DNA of 62,945 nt, filler included, from Octopus bimaculoides (lineage: Eukaryota): the NCBI RefSeq assembly GCF_001194135.2. It is 4 parts of 4 records of this genome, joined end to end, with 100 filler letters (N's around TTAATTAATTAA, not from the genome) between each part and the next. Parts side by side here need not be neighbours in the genome. Positions count along the whole stretch, not along the records: positions 27,093 to 44,267 come from NC_069004.1; positions 44,368 to 53,312 come from NC_068994.1; 2 more parts are not named here. One strand, written 5' to 3'. The notes beneath the pieces were generated by a model. That model searched no databases, was not told the origin of the DNA, and saw only the letters and a program-made list of their open reading frames with translations. Numbering within the stretch: position 1 is the stretch's first letter; every line of letters starts with the position of its first letter. Shown in pieces: positions 41,821 to 53,412 of this stretch. Both the position numbers and the translations under genes were made by a program.

Positions 41821-44267
41821 ATGATCTATATTTGTGCATATATATATATATGTCTCTTATATCTAATATAAATATTATATATATANNNNNNNNNNNNNNN
41901 NNNNNNNNNNNNNNNNNNNNNNNNNNNNNNNNNNNNNNNNNNNNNNNNNNNNNNNNNNNNNNNNNNNNNNNNNNNNNNNNNNNNNNNNNNNNNNNNNNNN
42001 NNNNNNNNNNNNNNNNNNNNNNNNNNNNNNNNNNNNNNNNNNNNNNNNNNNNNNNNNNNNNNNNNNNNNNNNNNNNNNNNNNNNNNNNNNNNNNNNNNNN
42101 NNNNNNNNNNNNNNNNNNNNNNNNNNNNNNNNNNNNNNNNNNNNNNNNNNNNNNNNNNNNNNNNNNNNNNNNNNNNNNNNNNNNNNNNNNNNNNNNNNNN
42201 NNNNNNNNNNNNNNNNNNNNNNNNNNNNTATATATTATATATTATATATTATATTTATATATATTACATTATATTGTGTTTATATGTGTGTGTGTGTGTG
42301 TGTGTGTAACGTACAGATGATAACAGGCAGGCAAAGACTCCGTATGTTTGTCGTATTACGAACGACAGCCTAACACAGTTGTTAGTCCGACTGCAGTGTG
42401 TGTGTGTGTGTGTGTGGCTTACGCTTGTGTGTCTGTGTGTAAGTCTGTTTCTGTGCGAGTGCGCTGCTGCTGTTGTGTTTTTTTTTGTTTTTTTTCGTTT
42501 TTTGCTGCCGTTTAGCCAAGCCATCAGTCAACCGTGATTGAGCAGACTTCTCTTCTTATGGAAACCATCCCATGCGTTATAATCACACCTTCTTGTGATG
42601 CACAGTCCACCTAGAAGTAACAAAACTAACTTATCTGTTTTATTTAACCCTCTGCCCGTCCCATAAACATCCATGGTTTAGCCCTTGTTTCATATGATCC
42701 GAGGAATACAAAGTTTTCTTTTCGTAAGTCTCAAGATTAAAATAATTAGGAAATGCTCGGACACCAAAGAAATATATTCTGCCTATCAAAGCATTTTCGT
42801 AATGTTTGTCCTAAATAGCCATGCTTGTTTTCAAACTTTTAATTATTCTTTGTTTCATATGTTCTAATTAGTATAAATTTTTTTTTATACGTCCCAAACG
42901 TTTATGGTGGTTGAAAAGAAATTGAAAATGTGCAGCGTATATGACGATTCGTCTCCAAGGAACTATGTCCTGCCAGTCCGAAACATTTCCATAAGTTTCT
43001 CCCAAATATCCATGGTTGTTTTTAGACAATTAGCTATCACTATTTTAATACGTAAATCCCAAGTTGCATTTGTTTCATATATTCTGTAATGAGGGCTAAC
43101 TAAAGCTTTCCTTTCTTAAGTCCGAAGTTACTGTGGGGGTTGAAATAAACTGTAAATATGTATTATAATGCGATGGACGCCAGGGAAATACACAGGAAAG
43201 GAAAACGATATTATATTGGGGTGGGATGTCGTTTGGCTGGTTGATGTATGTGACGTTGTTGTTTATATCGTCATTGTTGTTGTGTTGATGTCTTTGTTGT
43301 TATTGTTGTTAAGGTTCTATATGATGCTGTTGTTTAACTCCAGATCGGTCCCGACTGAGCTGACAGTCCTTTCAATAAATGCGTTCCAGTTGTGACCATC
43401 ACCTCATTTTATGCTATCAGGCATTATGTTGTGCACGCGCGTCATTGCCGTTTGATTTCCGACGGATATTTGGCTACTTGGAAAATTCTTTATGAATATT
43501 AACCTTACTCATAAATTTAATCACAAATCTTAATGGAAAACTTTTGTTGTATTCCTGCTTGAAATCAGGTGGCATCAGATGTGGCAGCACACGCAATACA
43601 ACAACCACCGTACACCACTGGTATTACGGTCATCTCTACAGATTTTCTATAGAAATTATTGCTACCACTGATTGTGTTATTACGACATTTCGTACACGAG
43701 ACGTCAGATGTAAACAAACAATGAAGTCGAAGATTTAAAAATGGCTAATGGGTGTATATGCCATACTTCAGGCGTTTTTGCTCCTTCATCAGCACCCATC
43801 TAACCCTTTAAGCATACACGAATACAGCTTAAATAGCCACTACATACAACGGTGTAACGCTACTGAAGTCAGAATTGTAACATAATGCAACGCAGAACTC
43901 AGGACTAGTCGGTTCTGAGATATAATCAAATGTTTATATGTGTGTGTATATATTGTGTGTATGTATAGTAATTTTGACTCTACAGTAAGTATAATGTGCG
44001 CTTTCGCAAATAAGCGTTGATTCTCGCTAAACAGCATTAACGTACGTTAGTATGTATTTATGTATACATACATATACATGGCGGTAGCGTATAGAACGGG
44101 TTGCAATCGAAGCTGTGTCCTCGAGGATTTAAAAATATGCCAAACTTTCCACTCTTTGCTTTAATGCAACATACATACATGCATACATATATATATACAT
44201 ACACACATATACATACATATATATACATATATATATATATATACATGCATTTATATATATATATATA

Positions 44268-44367
44268 NNNNNNNNNNNNNNNNNNNNNNNNNNNNNNNNN
44301 NNNNNNNNNNNTTAATTAATTAANNNNNNNNNNNNNNNNNNNNNNNNNNNNNNNNNNNNNNNNNNNN
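44268..44367. other. Artificial scaffold-join spacer
   Basis: 44N + TTAATTAATTAA + 44N. Confidence 0.92.
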
Positions 44368-45126
44368 TCAACAAAAAACTGAATATATAGACTACAAAAG
44401 TTAGTAAGAAAACTTTAGATATGTTCCCTACACTGGACGAATATCTCGGTTAATGTTGATTTGGTAATTGTAAATATTAAACGACATTTAATATCAGTAG
44501 GTGAGCATTTTGACAAATATTTCTCGAAAGATGTTCCAGATAGTATTGAAAATTTTGACTGGATCAGAAATCCGTTTAATGTTGAAATAGCTGATGAGAT
44601 GCTCACAGGAAATGAACTGGAAGAACTGGCTGAAATTTCATGCGACAGAACTTTAAAAATCAGTTTTATGCAGCAACCACTTTTGAAATTTTGGCTTACT
44701 GTAGCCTCCCAGTATCCATTGTTATCACGAAAGGCAATTAAGATTTTGCTACCGTTTGCAACAACATATTTATGTGAAGCAGGATTTTCGGCACTGACCA
44801 ATCTAAAAAACAAATACAGATCCAGACTTGCTTCAGAAAGTGACTTGCTTCAGAAAGTGTATGTTTGTCATTAATATCTCCAAGAATTGACAGTTTGTGC
44901 AAAGCCAAGCAAGCACATCCTTCTCACTAAGTATGTATAAAAAAAATCCTGTGTGTATAATTGACAATAAACTTATTTGTTAAATACTGTTGAATAAATA
45001 AATGTAAAAATATGTTATTTTAAGCAAATATTTATGTATAAATTTCATAAGCATTTATAAGGGGGTCCCTAAGGTAAAGCCTGAAATATAAAGGGGTCCG
45101 CAAGTCAAAAAGTTTGAAAATGCCTG
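44368..45126 (+). mobile_element. hAT (Charlie/Buster-type) transposon 3' part with right TIR
   Basis: Dimerisation-domain peptide ..FDWIRNPF..ELAEISCDRTLK..FW..YPLLSRKAIKILLPFATTYLCEAGFSAL..KNKYRSRL..SPRIDSLCKAKQAHPSH*. Terminal GGGGTCCGCAAGTCAAAAAGTTTGAAAATGCCTG is followed by ATCTAAAC, which fits the Charlie NTCTARAN target consensus. Left end is cut by the spacer. Confidence 0.9.
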
Positions 45127-45263
45127 ATCTAAACAATTAGGTATGCTAGGTAAGTGCTGCAACGGATTACTGGAGCTCCAAGGTTATAGCTGAGATGGTA
45201 GTTATGGAGCCATTGCAGATTTCCGATGCAGGGGATATGTAATAGTTAAACAGGGCATCAAAC

Positions 45264-45589
45264 ATTAAAGCAAGGCAAATATCTCAAGTCATATACAATA
45301 TTATTATAGGAAGAAATTCAAAATCTTACAGCTGTTTCTGGGATATCCCTGAGTATAGGATATTCCGTCATCAGTGGCAAATAGGGGAAAAATATGGAAA
45401 ATGCGAATTGTATATATCATGTCATCCTATTGATATATACCATTCTCATTTTCTATATTTTTTCCCCCCTATTTGTCTTGGATAATGGACTATCCCATAC
45501 TCAGGGATATCCCAGAAACAGCTGTAAGATTTTGAATTTCTTCCTATAACAATACTGTATATAACTTGAGATATTTGCCTTGCCTTAAT
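45264..45589. repeat. Long inverted repeat (foldback/MITE-like)
   Basis: Arms about 45264-45420 and 45431-45589; the outer ~93 bp differ at 4 positions; loop about 10 bp; the right arm runs into an N gap. Confidence 0.85.
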
Positions 45590-46225
45590 NNNNNNNNNNN
45601 NNNNNNNNNNNNNNNNNNNNNNNNNNNNNNNNNNNNNNNNNNNNNNNNNNNNNNNNNNNNNNNNNNNNNNNNNNNNNNNNNNNNNNNNNNNNNNNNNNNN
45701 NNNNNNNNNNNNNNNNNNNNNNNNNNNNNNNNNNNNNNNNNNNNNNNNNNNNNNNNNNNNNNNNNNNNNNNNNNNNNNNNNNNNNNNNNNNNNNNNNNNN
45801 NNNNNNNNNNNNNNNNNNNNNNNNNNNNNNNNNNNNNNNNNNNNNNNNNNNNNNNNNNNNNNNNNNNNNNNNNNNNNNNNNNNNNNNNNNNNNNNNNNNN
45901 NNNNNNNNNNNNNNNNNNNNNNNNNNNNNNNNNNNNNNNNNNNNNNNNNNNNNNNNNNNNNNNNNNNNNNNNNNNNNNNNNNNNNNNNNNNNNNNNNNNN
46001 NNNNNNNNNNNNNNNNNNNNNNNNNNNNNNNNNNNNNNNNNNNNNNNNNNNNNNNNNNNNNNNNNNNNNNNNNNNNNNNNNNNNNNNNNNNNNNNNNNNN
46101 NNNNNNNNNNNNNNNNNNNNNNNNNNNNNNNNNNNNNNNNNNNNNNNNNNNNNNNNNNNNNNNNNNNNNNNNNNNNNNNNNNNNNNNNNNNNNNNNNNNN
46201 NNNNNNNNNNNNNNNNNNNNNNNNN

Positions 46226-46460
46226 GGCACATAAAAGACACCATTTCGAGCGTGGCCGTTTTCGTGCGGGTGACACGTAAAAGCACCCACTACACTCTCT
46301 GAGTGGTTGGCGTTAGGAAGGGCATCCAGCTGTAGAAACTCTGCCAAATCAGACTGGAGCCTGGTGTTGCCATCCGGTTTCACCAGTCCTCAGTCAAATC
46401 GTCCAACCCATGCTAGCATGGAAAGCGGACGTTAAACGATGATGATGATGATGATGATGA
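46226..46460 (+). mobile_element. Retroposon 3' portion with (GAT)n tail (same family as 31057-31216)
   Basis: ..GGTTGGCGTTAGGAAGGGCATCCAGCTGTAGAAAC..GGACGTTAAACGATGATGAT; 5' end lies in the gap. Confidence 0.75.
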
Positions 46461-46466
46461 TATATA

Positions 46467-47357
46467 TTGGGTCATCCCATAAATATGATATTTTTCAATT
46501 GCATGAAATAAAAGTCGGAGGGGGATGGGATAAACTACCTGCATTAACTTACTATAAAAGCAGGTAGTAACTTTACCCTGTCCTTATTCTTAGTGCAAGT
46601 TTTGAAGAGTGCAGTTCAATTTTAATAGTTATTTTTTCAATGCTATAATGGAAGTGACAAAGGAGCATATTTGGCATATTTTGCTTTATGAGTTCAATAA
46701 AGGCAACAACACAATGGAAAATGCGAGAAATATTAATGCAGTATATGGGGATCAGACAATAAGTGTAAGCCAGTGTCATTGTCAGATATTCCAATTCGGA
46801 AACTACAGCCTAGAAGACGAGCCTCATCCTGGAAGATCTGTAGATCTTGACGAGGATGTCCTGCAAACCCTGGTGGAACAAAATTCCATTGTAGCTGTTG
46901 AGAAACTAGCAGAGAAGCTTGGATTTGGTCATTCAATGTGCCATCGGAAAATGACCATCTTTGGTTTCAAGACAAAGGGTGTTCTTCCATCAGGATAATG
47001 CTCGGCCACATACAGCAAAGATGACATTCCAAAGCAGTTTGAGTGGGAAATGATGCCCCACCCACCATATTCACCGGACATTGCTCCATCTGATTATCAT
47101 TTATTCCGCAGTCTTCAAAATCATTTGAACAGAAAAAATATGAATTTTGTAGACGACGTCAGAACAGTACTGGAGGAGTATTTTTCATCATGGACAAGTG
47201 AATTTTGGAAGAGGGGCCTTGCAAGTCTACCAGATAGATGGAAGAGCATTGTAGAAAATGAAAGAGAGTATATTTTAAATTAAAAAAGAACTGTGTATCT
47301 TAATTTTGAAAAATAAAAGAAGTATAAAAAAACTGCATTCTTTCTGGGATGACCCAA
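46467..47357 (+). mobile_element. Internally deleted mariner element (891 bp) with TIRs and TA TSD
   Basis: TIRs TTGGGTCATCCCA(T/G)AAA at both ends, flanked by TA. N-terminal HTH region MEVTKEHIWHILLYEF..LEDEPHPGRS, then DNARPH and HPPYSPDIAPSDYHLFRSL..LPDRW..VEN..Y (D,D34D family). Middle of the transposase is missing. Confidence 0.93.
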
Positions 47358-47687
47358 TATATATATAAAACAGGGATACTGAAATAACTAGGGATGGGGA
47401 TGTTTAGTGTTAAGATAAGAGGAAGACTATATGTATAATGGCAAAAGACCCAGTTGTAGTGGTGATGTCCACTGTGGGTTAGAATAAGATAGCCAAAGGA
47501 GGTGAGATGGTGTTTAAGGGTTGCAAAAAAGATAGAAAAAGTCATCTGGCAATAGCATTTTAACATAGTGATTGAAGCATGATGTGAGGTTGGAAGGAAT
47601 GATACTAAGTATTCACAGGGAGGCTACAGAGTAAGAGATCAAGGGATAATTTCGGCAGGTTATAATGTTGCCAGCTATAAAAGTAAT

Positions 47688-47897
47688 ATTGCTTTCAAAT
47701 TCTGGCACAAGGCCAGTAATTTAGTAGGAGGGGATAAGTTGATTACATCGACCCCAGTGCTCAACTGGTACTTATTTAATCAACCCTGAAAAGGATGAAC
47801 GGTAAAGCCAACCTTGGTGGAATTTGAGCAAGATGGCTGGAATGTCGCTAAACGTTTTGCCCCGCAGGCTAATGATTCTACCAGTTCACTGCTTTGT
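47688..47897 (-). mobile_element. SINE family A with 14-bp TSD
   Basis: GCTATAAAAGTAAT at 47674-47687 and 47898-47911 flanks a reverse family A copy. Confidence 0.85.
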
Positions 47898-49747
47898 GCT
47901 ATAAAAGTAATGCTGAAAATGTAAGTTCATTGGGTGTGAACAAAATATTAAGTTATCACTAAGTTTGAATAAAGTGAAGTATAATGGATTAAGACAAGAT
48001 AAAATAAAGCAAATAGATTAAATAAAGTAAATATACTTATTCTATTTAGCTAGTGCTTAATTTAAATAGGTAATATATAAATTAAAAGCTAGGTGAAGAG
48101 TAAAAATACAATAAGTAGTCACAATAGAAATTAAGTGGTGTAAGGCAATTTAAGACAACAATAAAATAAAGTAAGATAAAGTAATTATACTAACTTAAAT
48201 TGAAATAAGTGAAATAAGCTTATGCCATATCTCAAATGTTTAAAAGAAAGTAATTATAATACAGAAGGACTCATCTTATTGTACTTAGATTTGTCGTAAA
48301 ATTGAAAGGTTTTAAAGAATTTATGTACGCAAGAAGGGAATGCTTCGTGTTGTCTGTTAACTAACTCTGTTGGGTTATGTTATAGTATTTGTATTGGAAA
48401 AAATATTGTTGTTTAAATGCTAAGGGAAGTAACTCTGAGTCATTGCGATAGTGTTGACGTTTCACCGCTATCATGACAAATAGATAAAACATAAAAAAGT
48501 TGATATACTCAAATCATTTTATTCAAATGTGATTAAATAAAAATTTAAGAAGCATAAGACATACATAAGCAAATCTATAATGAATAACAGTTCTTCAAAT
48601 ATACAGAGTGGAGTCAAAGGAGTCATGATCAAGGACCCAATATAACATCCACAATGGAATACAAATATGTGGTCTGAAAACCAGTGGGTCCTTGTTGCAA
48701 TTTACATTAAACTGACTTTGGTTGGATTTGAACTCATAACCACAACACATCATCTGAAGATATTAAACTATATCCAATTGAAGCCTTCTTCTGCACCAAT
48801 TTTACAGCTGCTCTAAAGAATTTGTTGTAGAATGACTGGGTAAATATATTTGTATATGTTTGTTCTTATCAGCATTAGAGGTTTAAAAGGAAAAGGTGCC
48901 ACTAATAGGACTTAAATTGAGGCATTGGGGCTAAACATCAATAACCAGCTAACAGACTGTCACATTGTACCTCATATGATGCATAAGTGGATGTCTGAGT
49001 GTGCAGTATGACTCCACATAGATAGAAACATGGTAAAACAGTCACACCTGGTTGTTGGGGCCTCAACCTACATGCAAGAGGCCTGTTCAATCAGGAGGGA
49101 TAAACTGGGGATACACAACAAGTGACTAACAAATATTTGAAAATTAAAAAAAAATTATAAGCTCAGAAAAATAATTCAACATAGTAAGTTAGAGGATATG
49201 TGATTGATACTTGGATGAGTTTATCACATGTTGATCATGTTTAATAGCCACAGTAAATTACTGGAGCTGAAGTATCAGGAAGACAGCTGTGAAGTAAGTT
49301 AATTAACTGAATATAATTTACAATAGCAAGGTACCTGAGAAACTTACTAGGTTCCTAGTAAGTTACCATGGCAAGATAAATGGAAATGAAGGTAGAAGGT
49401 AGTGGGAAATGTAACAAAAACACAACAGTAAAGTGATGTGAGATAGTGAGAGTGTGGCAAGGTAGCAACATCAAAGCGGATTATGAAAGTGATTTACTTG
49501 GGTGTTACTACTACAGAAAGGTATGAAGGTAAGATGGCACAGTGGAGAAGTGGTTAGTATCCACTTCCACATAACATGGCAAGTTATCACATAAATATAG
49601 CTCAGTGATGTATTGTGGTAAAGTAATCCCAGTCAAAGTTTTTGACACAAGAAGAAGAAAAAGAAGGTGTCAAGTATAAAAATAACTTTTTGTTACAAAC
49701 CAGTTTGTCACAGAAGCAGTTCCACTAAATATAAATTATTTATTTCA

Positions 49748-50165
49748 GTTCTATATTTAAGAGATGAGGAACTATGTACATTATTTACATTATTTACATT
49801 TGACGGATATTTGTCCTCATCTTGTTTCTTGTTAACACCTTTCAGCTGATATACCCTCCAGCCTTCATCAGGTGTCTTGAGGAAATTTTGAACCTGGGTT
49901 CTCATTCCTAAGGTATTTTTCGATGTTATCATTATTATTATTATTATTATTCAGGTCACTGCTTGGATTCAAACTCGGCTCTTAACCACTATGCCATATG
50001 CCCATGGGTATATGTAGTGGTTACGAGCATGGGCTACTAATCCCAAGATTCCGAGTTCGATTCCAAGCAGTGACCTGAATAAAAATAATAATAATAACAT
50101 CGAAAAATACCTTAGGGATGAGAACCCAGGTTCAAAATATCCATCAAACGTAAATAATGTATATA
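49748..50165. mobile_element. Head-to-head palindromic pair of tRNA-headed SINEs (family D)
   Basis: Centre CCCATGGG at 50001-50008; 49886-49978 pairs with 50051-50137, and 49787-49810 with 50137-50160. A-box TGGCATAGTGG (left copy) and B-box GAGTTCGATTCC (right copy). Confidence 0.85.
49830..49878 (-). ncRNA. Degenerate type I minimal hammerhead-ribozyme-like motif within the family D SINE
   Basis: Minus strand: GACAC / CTGATGA / A / GGCTG-GAGGGTATAT-CAGCT / GAA / AG / GTGTT. Core and stems I and II are present; stem III and the NUH cleavage triplet appear deleted. Confidence 0.45.
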
Positions 50166-50245
50166 AATTATTTGTTCATATATTCATGTCCAATACAATG
50201 AAAATGGGTTCATTTGTCTCCATGTTCTCTAAACACTCCATTTAA

Positions 50246-52444
50246 TTAGTTATTGTTATTCATATATGCATCATATTTCTTCTTCTGGGCATCATAGAGT
50301 TTTTGAAGTTTTTTCATGGCTGATTTGGTAAGTTCTTTACCTTCAGCATCATGGGTTGGTAAGCCATGCTCATTAAATTTAGAATATTTGTCTGTCTCAT
50401 TGACAAATAACTGTGAGGGGGGGATTCTCTTCTGAGCATCACGAACAGCTTCAGCAGCTTCTTTATCCTTCTTCGCCTGTTCTTTCTGCAGTCTTTTCTT
50501 CTCTTCAGCTGTCAGTTTCTCTTGCATCTCCTTCAGAAGTATTTCTTTATCAACTAGTTTAATAACAGGGACTTGCCCTTCGTGGTCTTCCAGACGGACT
50601 CCCAAGTTGGGCAGAACTGTATCCCGAAGTTCATCACATTTGGTCAAGATTTCTTGAGGATCTTTCTTTTCTCTGGCTAACTGTCTTATATCTTCCCGGA
50701 ATTCTGACAATGCAGATAAATAAGGCATCACAGTGTTTTCAGATGAAGTTGCTCCTGTACCAGTCTGTGGGAAACCAATAACTGTTTCTTCTTTAATAGC
50801 ACCAAACACTTTCAATATGTCTGTGATGTATTCAGCAATGTTTATTAGAAGTACTCGATTACAGATCATAGTTGCCCTAGTCTTGGAAATGTACTGGTTT
50901 GTTACAGTGACCAAGTCTCTGATGACATCTAAGGCTGTGTGTGTATCAATGGAATCACATAATGCCACATGGACCTGATTTCGGGTGTCCAGATATTTTT
51001 CATTGAGAGATACCTCTAGTTCAGTCCATTTAGTAAAAGATGAACAGCCATGACTTGGTAGCTTTCGCAAGATGTCTTTGACCGTCAAGAAGAACTCATT
51101 AAGGTGTTTTTCGTAGGTGATGGCTGCTTCCATTGTGTTGTCACTATAGTCAAGAGTATCTTTCCAGGAGTGCAGTAAGAAGGCAAAACGAAGTTGGCAC
51201 GCTGTGTGTTTTTTTAGTGCTTCCTTGATTGTGATGAAATTCTTGAGGGATTTGGACATTTTACAGCCTTGGATTGTAAGATGACCAGAATGGAGAAAGT
51301 AGTGCACCCAGTGGTCATTATTAAAACAAGCTTCTGCTTGAGCTAACTCGTTGTCATGATGAGGAAACTTTAAATCCACGCCACCAGTATGAATGTCTAG
51401 TGACTCTCCAAGAATTTCACTGGCCATAACTGAACATTCAATATGCCATCCAGGCCTACCTTTGCCCCACGGTGAATCCCATATGGGCTCGCCAGGTTTT
51501 GAAGCTTTCCATAATGCAAAATCATTGGGGCTTTTCTTCTCAGACAATCTCTCTTCTGAAACACTTAAGTCTCCTTCACCTTCTTGCAGTGCTTCTCTGT
51601 CACCAAAAGCTTCTGGAACTAATTTAGCATAAAAGTGATCAGCAGCTTTACTAAATCTCATGGTATCAAAATAGACAGAACCACCGGACTCGTAAGCGTA
51701 ATTACGATCAATGACTTTTTTAATAAACTCTACTATTTCGGGGACGTAGTCGCTGACCCGTGTCAAGCAGTCAGCTGGTAGAACATTTAGAGCTTCCATG
51801 TCATTGTGAAATTCTTCTTCCCAGTGATTTGGTAACTCTGAAAAGATAGAGTTTTCCCTTACTTCAGATCCTTTACGTTTGTCTAAAACATCCGCCAGGA
51901 CATCTCTTGCAGCACTGATAAGACGGTCACTCTTCTCTTGATCGGTGGCAGATTCATTTGACTGGAGAGAGGTGGTCACTTCTTTAATAATCTTCAACAT
52001 CATCGTCTTCTTATCTGAGTCCTTCTCTCCTTCAGCCTTAACCGTATAAGCATCTAATGCTGCTTTAATATCCGAAACCACCACCGAAGCATTACCGCTA
52101 TTCTCGATTCTGTATTGCTGCAGAAGATAATTCTGTCTAGCTCGTTTGATGATTTTATCATCAACATCGGTTACATTCATACAGTAAAACACATCGTATT
52201 TGAAATAATTGGTCATGACACGTCTCAAAATATCAAACGAGATGTAAGACCTGGCATGTCCCATATGGGAAGCATCGTAAACAGTCGGACCGCAACTATA
52301 CCACAAAACACGCTTACCGTTCTGAGGTACAAATTTCTCCTTTCGACGAGTTAAACTGTTGAAAAGATATAATTCGGCTACTTCCTTGTTTTCTGGAGGA
52401 TTCCATGCTGGTTGAGAGCGCTTGGTTTGAACCGTAGACGTCAT
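50246..52444 (-). CDS. CARS1: Cysteine--tRNA ligase, cytoplasmic (intronless, 732 aa)
   Basis: Uninterrupted ORF with class I motifs CGPTVY..HMGH and KMSKS, Zn ligands in WHIECS and FPHHDNE, DFALWK..PGEP.W.SPWG.GRPGWH, and the eukaryote-type charged C-terminal extension. N-terminus is collinear with human CARS1 (QP.W.PP..L.L.NSLTR.KE.F.PQ.GK.V.WY.CGP). Confidence 0.98.
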   Translation of the reverse strand: MTSTVQTKRSQPAWNPPENKEVAELYLFNSLTRRKEKFVPQNGKRVLWYSCGPTVYDASHMGHARSYISFDILRRVMTNYFKYDVFYCMNVTDVDDKIIKRARQNYLLQQYRIENSGNASVVVSDIKAALDAYTVKAEGEKDSDKKTMMLKIIKEVTTSLQSNESATDQEKSDRLISAARDVLADVLDKRKGSEVRENSIFSELPNHWEEEFHNDMEALNVLPADCLTRVSDYVPEIVEFIKKVIDRNYAYESGGSVYFDTMRFSKAADHFYAKLVPEAFGDREALQEGEGDLSVSEERLSEKKSPNDFALWKASKPGEPIWDSPWGKGRPGWHIECSVMASEILGESLDIHTGGVDLKFPHHDNELAQAEACFNNDHWVHYFLHSGHLTIQGCKMSKSLKNFITIKEALKKHTACQLRFAFLLHSWKDTLDYSDNTMEAAITYEKHLNEFFLTVKDILRKLPSHGCSSFTKWTELEVSLNEKYLDTRNQVHVALCDSIDTHTALDVIRDLVTVTNQYISKTRATMICNRVLLINIAEYITDILKVFGAIKEETVIGFPQTGTGATSSENTVMPYLSALSEFREDIRQLAREKKDPQEILTKCDELRDTVLPNLGVRLEDHEGQVPVIKLVDKEILLKEMQEKLTAEEKKRLQKEQAKKDKEAAEAVRDAQKRIPPSQLFVNETDKYSKFNEHGLPTHDAEGKELTKSAMKKLQKLYDAQKKKYDAYMNNNN

Positions 52445-52534
52445 ACTGCGCGGAAACGAGTTGTTTGTGTGAATCTGATGTAATAGTGGACAAGCCGGTT
52501 GTCACTGTTGCAAGTAAATTTAGAATTTGTACAT

Positions 52535-52562
52535 AATTTCGTTTCGGTCAGTTTCGTTTCAT
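52535..52562 (-). promoter_or_regulatory. Tandem ISRE/IRF-like motifs upstream of CARS1
   Basis: AATTTCGTTTCGGTCAGTTTCGTTTCAT: two TTTC-G-TTTC units (four GAAA cores on the gene strand), 91-118 bp 5' of the ATG in a locally CpG-rich stretch. Confidence 0.3.
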
Positions 52563-53136
52563 CCATAGTTTATACTATATTTTATTATCAATATTTTATA
52601 TAGTCAAAGATTAACTATCATTTTTTATTCGTCAAGAGTTATTATGAAGGGTTAGGGTTAGGGTAAATAATCTGCCATGTTACAATAAAATCATTCGCAT
52701 TTAAAGAATAAATTGTTTTGTCTTAATTATGGGGTAGAATTTATTTTACTGTAATCTAGAGTTACTTCCCTTGAAAGTAATGTTATCTTAAACGGCGACT
52801 TATAGTAGTATATAAATATCGGACACACGCACACACAATTTATACTTACATATGTATATACCTATATGAATGCATGCATGCATACATACATACATACATA
52901 CATACATACATACATACATACATTTCGTTTGGGGATTTGTTTGCAAGATTCTTTATATGAGTTCGTGTGTTGAAGAACGCAGTGTGAATAACGGACAGAG
53001 TCAAAACTATTGAAAAGGCTGCAAGACGCAACGAAAATTTTAGAAAAATAAAAAAAAGAAATAAGTAGAAATTTTAGCGGTGAGTGTGTTAAATTATAAG
53101 GCACTAAAAGAGAATGATTCTCCCCAGACACAAAAG

Positions 53137-53169
<33 letters not shown>

Positions 53170-53312
53170 TTGTTTTGCAAGATTTTTGATGTGAAATCGT
53201 GTGTTGAAACAGATGTTGTTGTACTTGGGGATGGTCATATTGCCAGTTTAGCCAATAAAAACACACGCACTGTATATTTGGTGTTAATTTGCTTCAGCTT
53301 TATATTACATTA

Positions 53313-53412
53313 NNNNNNNNNNNNNNNNNNNNNNNNNNNNNNNNNNNNNNNNNNNNTTAATTAATTAANNNNNNNNNNNNNNNNNNNNNNNNNNNNNNNN
53401 NNNNNNNNNNNN
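53313..53412. other. Artificial scaffold-join spacer between CARS1 and the ABCB exons
   Basis: 44N + TTAATTAATTAA + 44N. Confidence 0.92.

Noticed and set aside
52440-52460. Possible acceptor (TTTCCGCGCAG|TATG) allowing an ABCB-CARS1 fusion transcript
   Set aside because: Weak pyrimidine tract; joining the phase-0 ABCB donor would be out of frame with CARS1; an artificial join lies between them.
50733-52505. Short ORFs overlapping CARS1 (50733, 51393, 52115, 52314)
   Set aside because: Antisense or off-frame shadows of the real CDS.
52649-52664. GGGTTAGGGTTAGGGT telomere-like motif upstream of CARS1
   Set aside because: Only about 2.5 units and three G-runs; too short for an interstitial telomere or a G-quadruplex claim.
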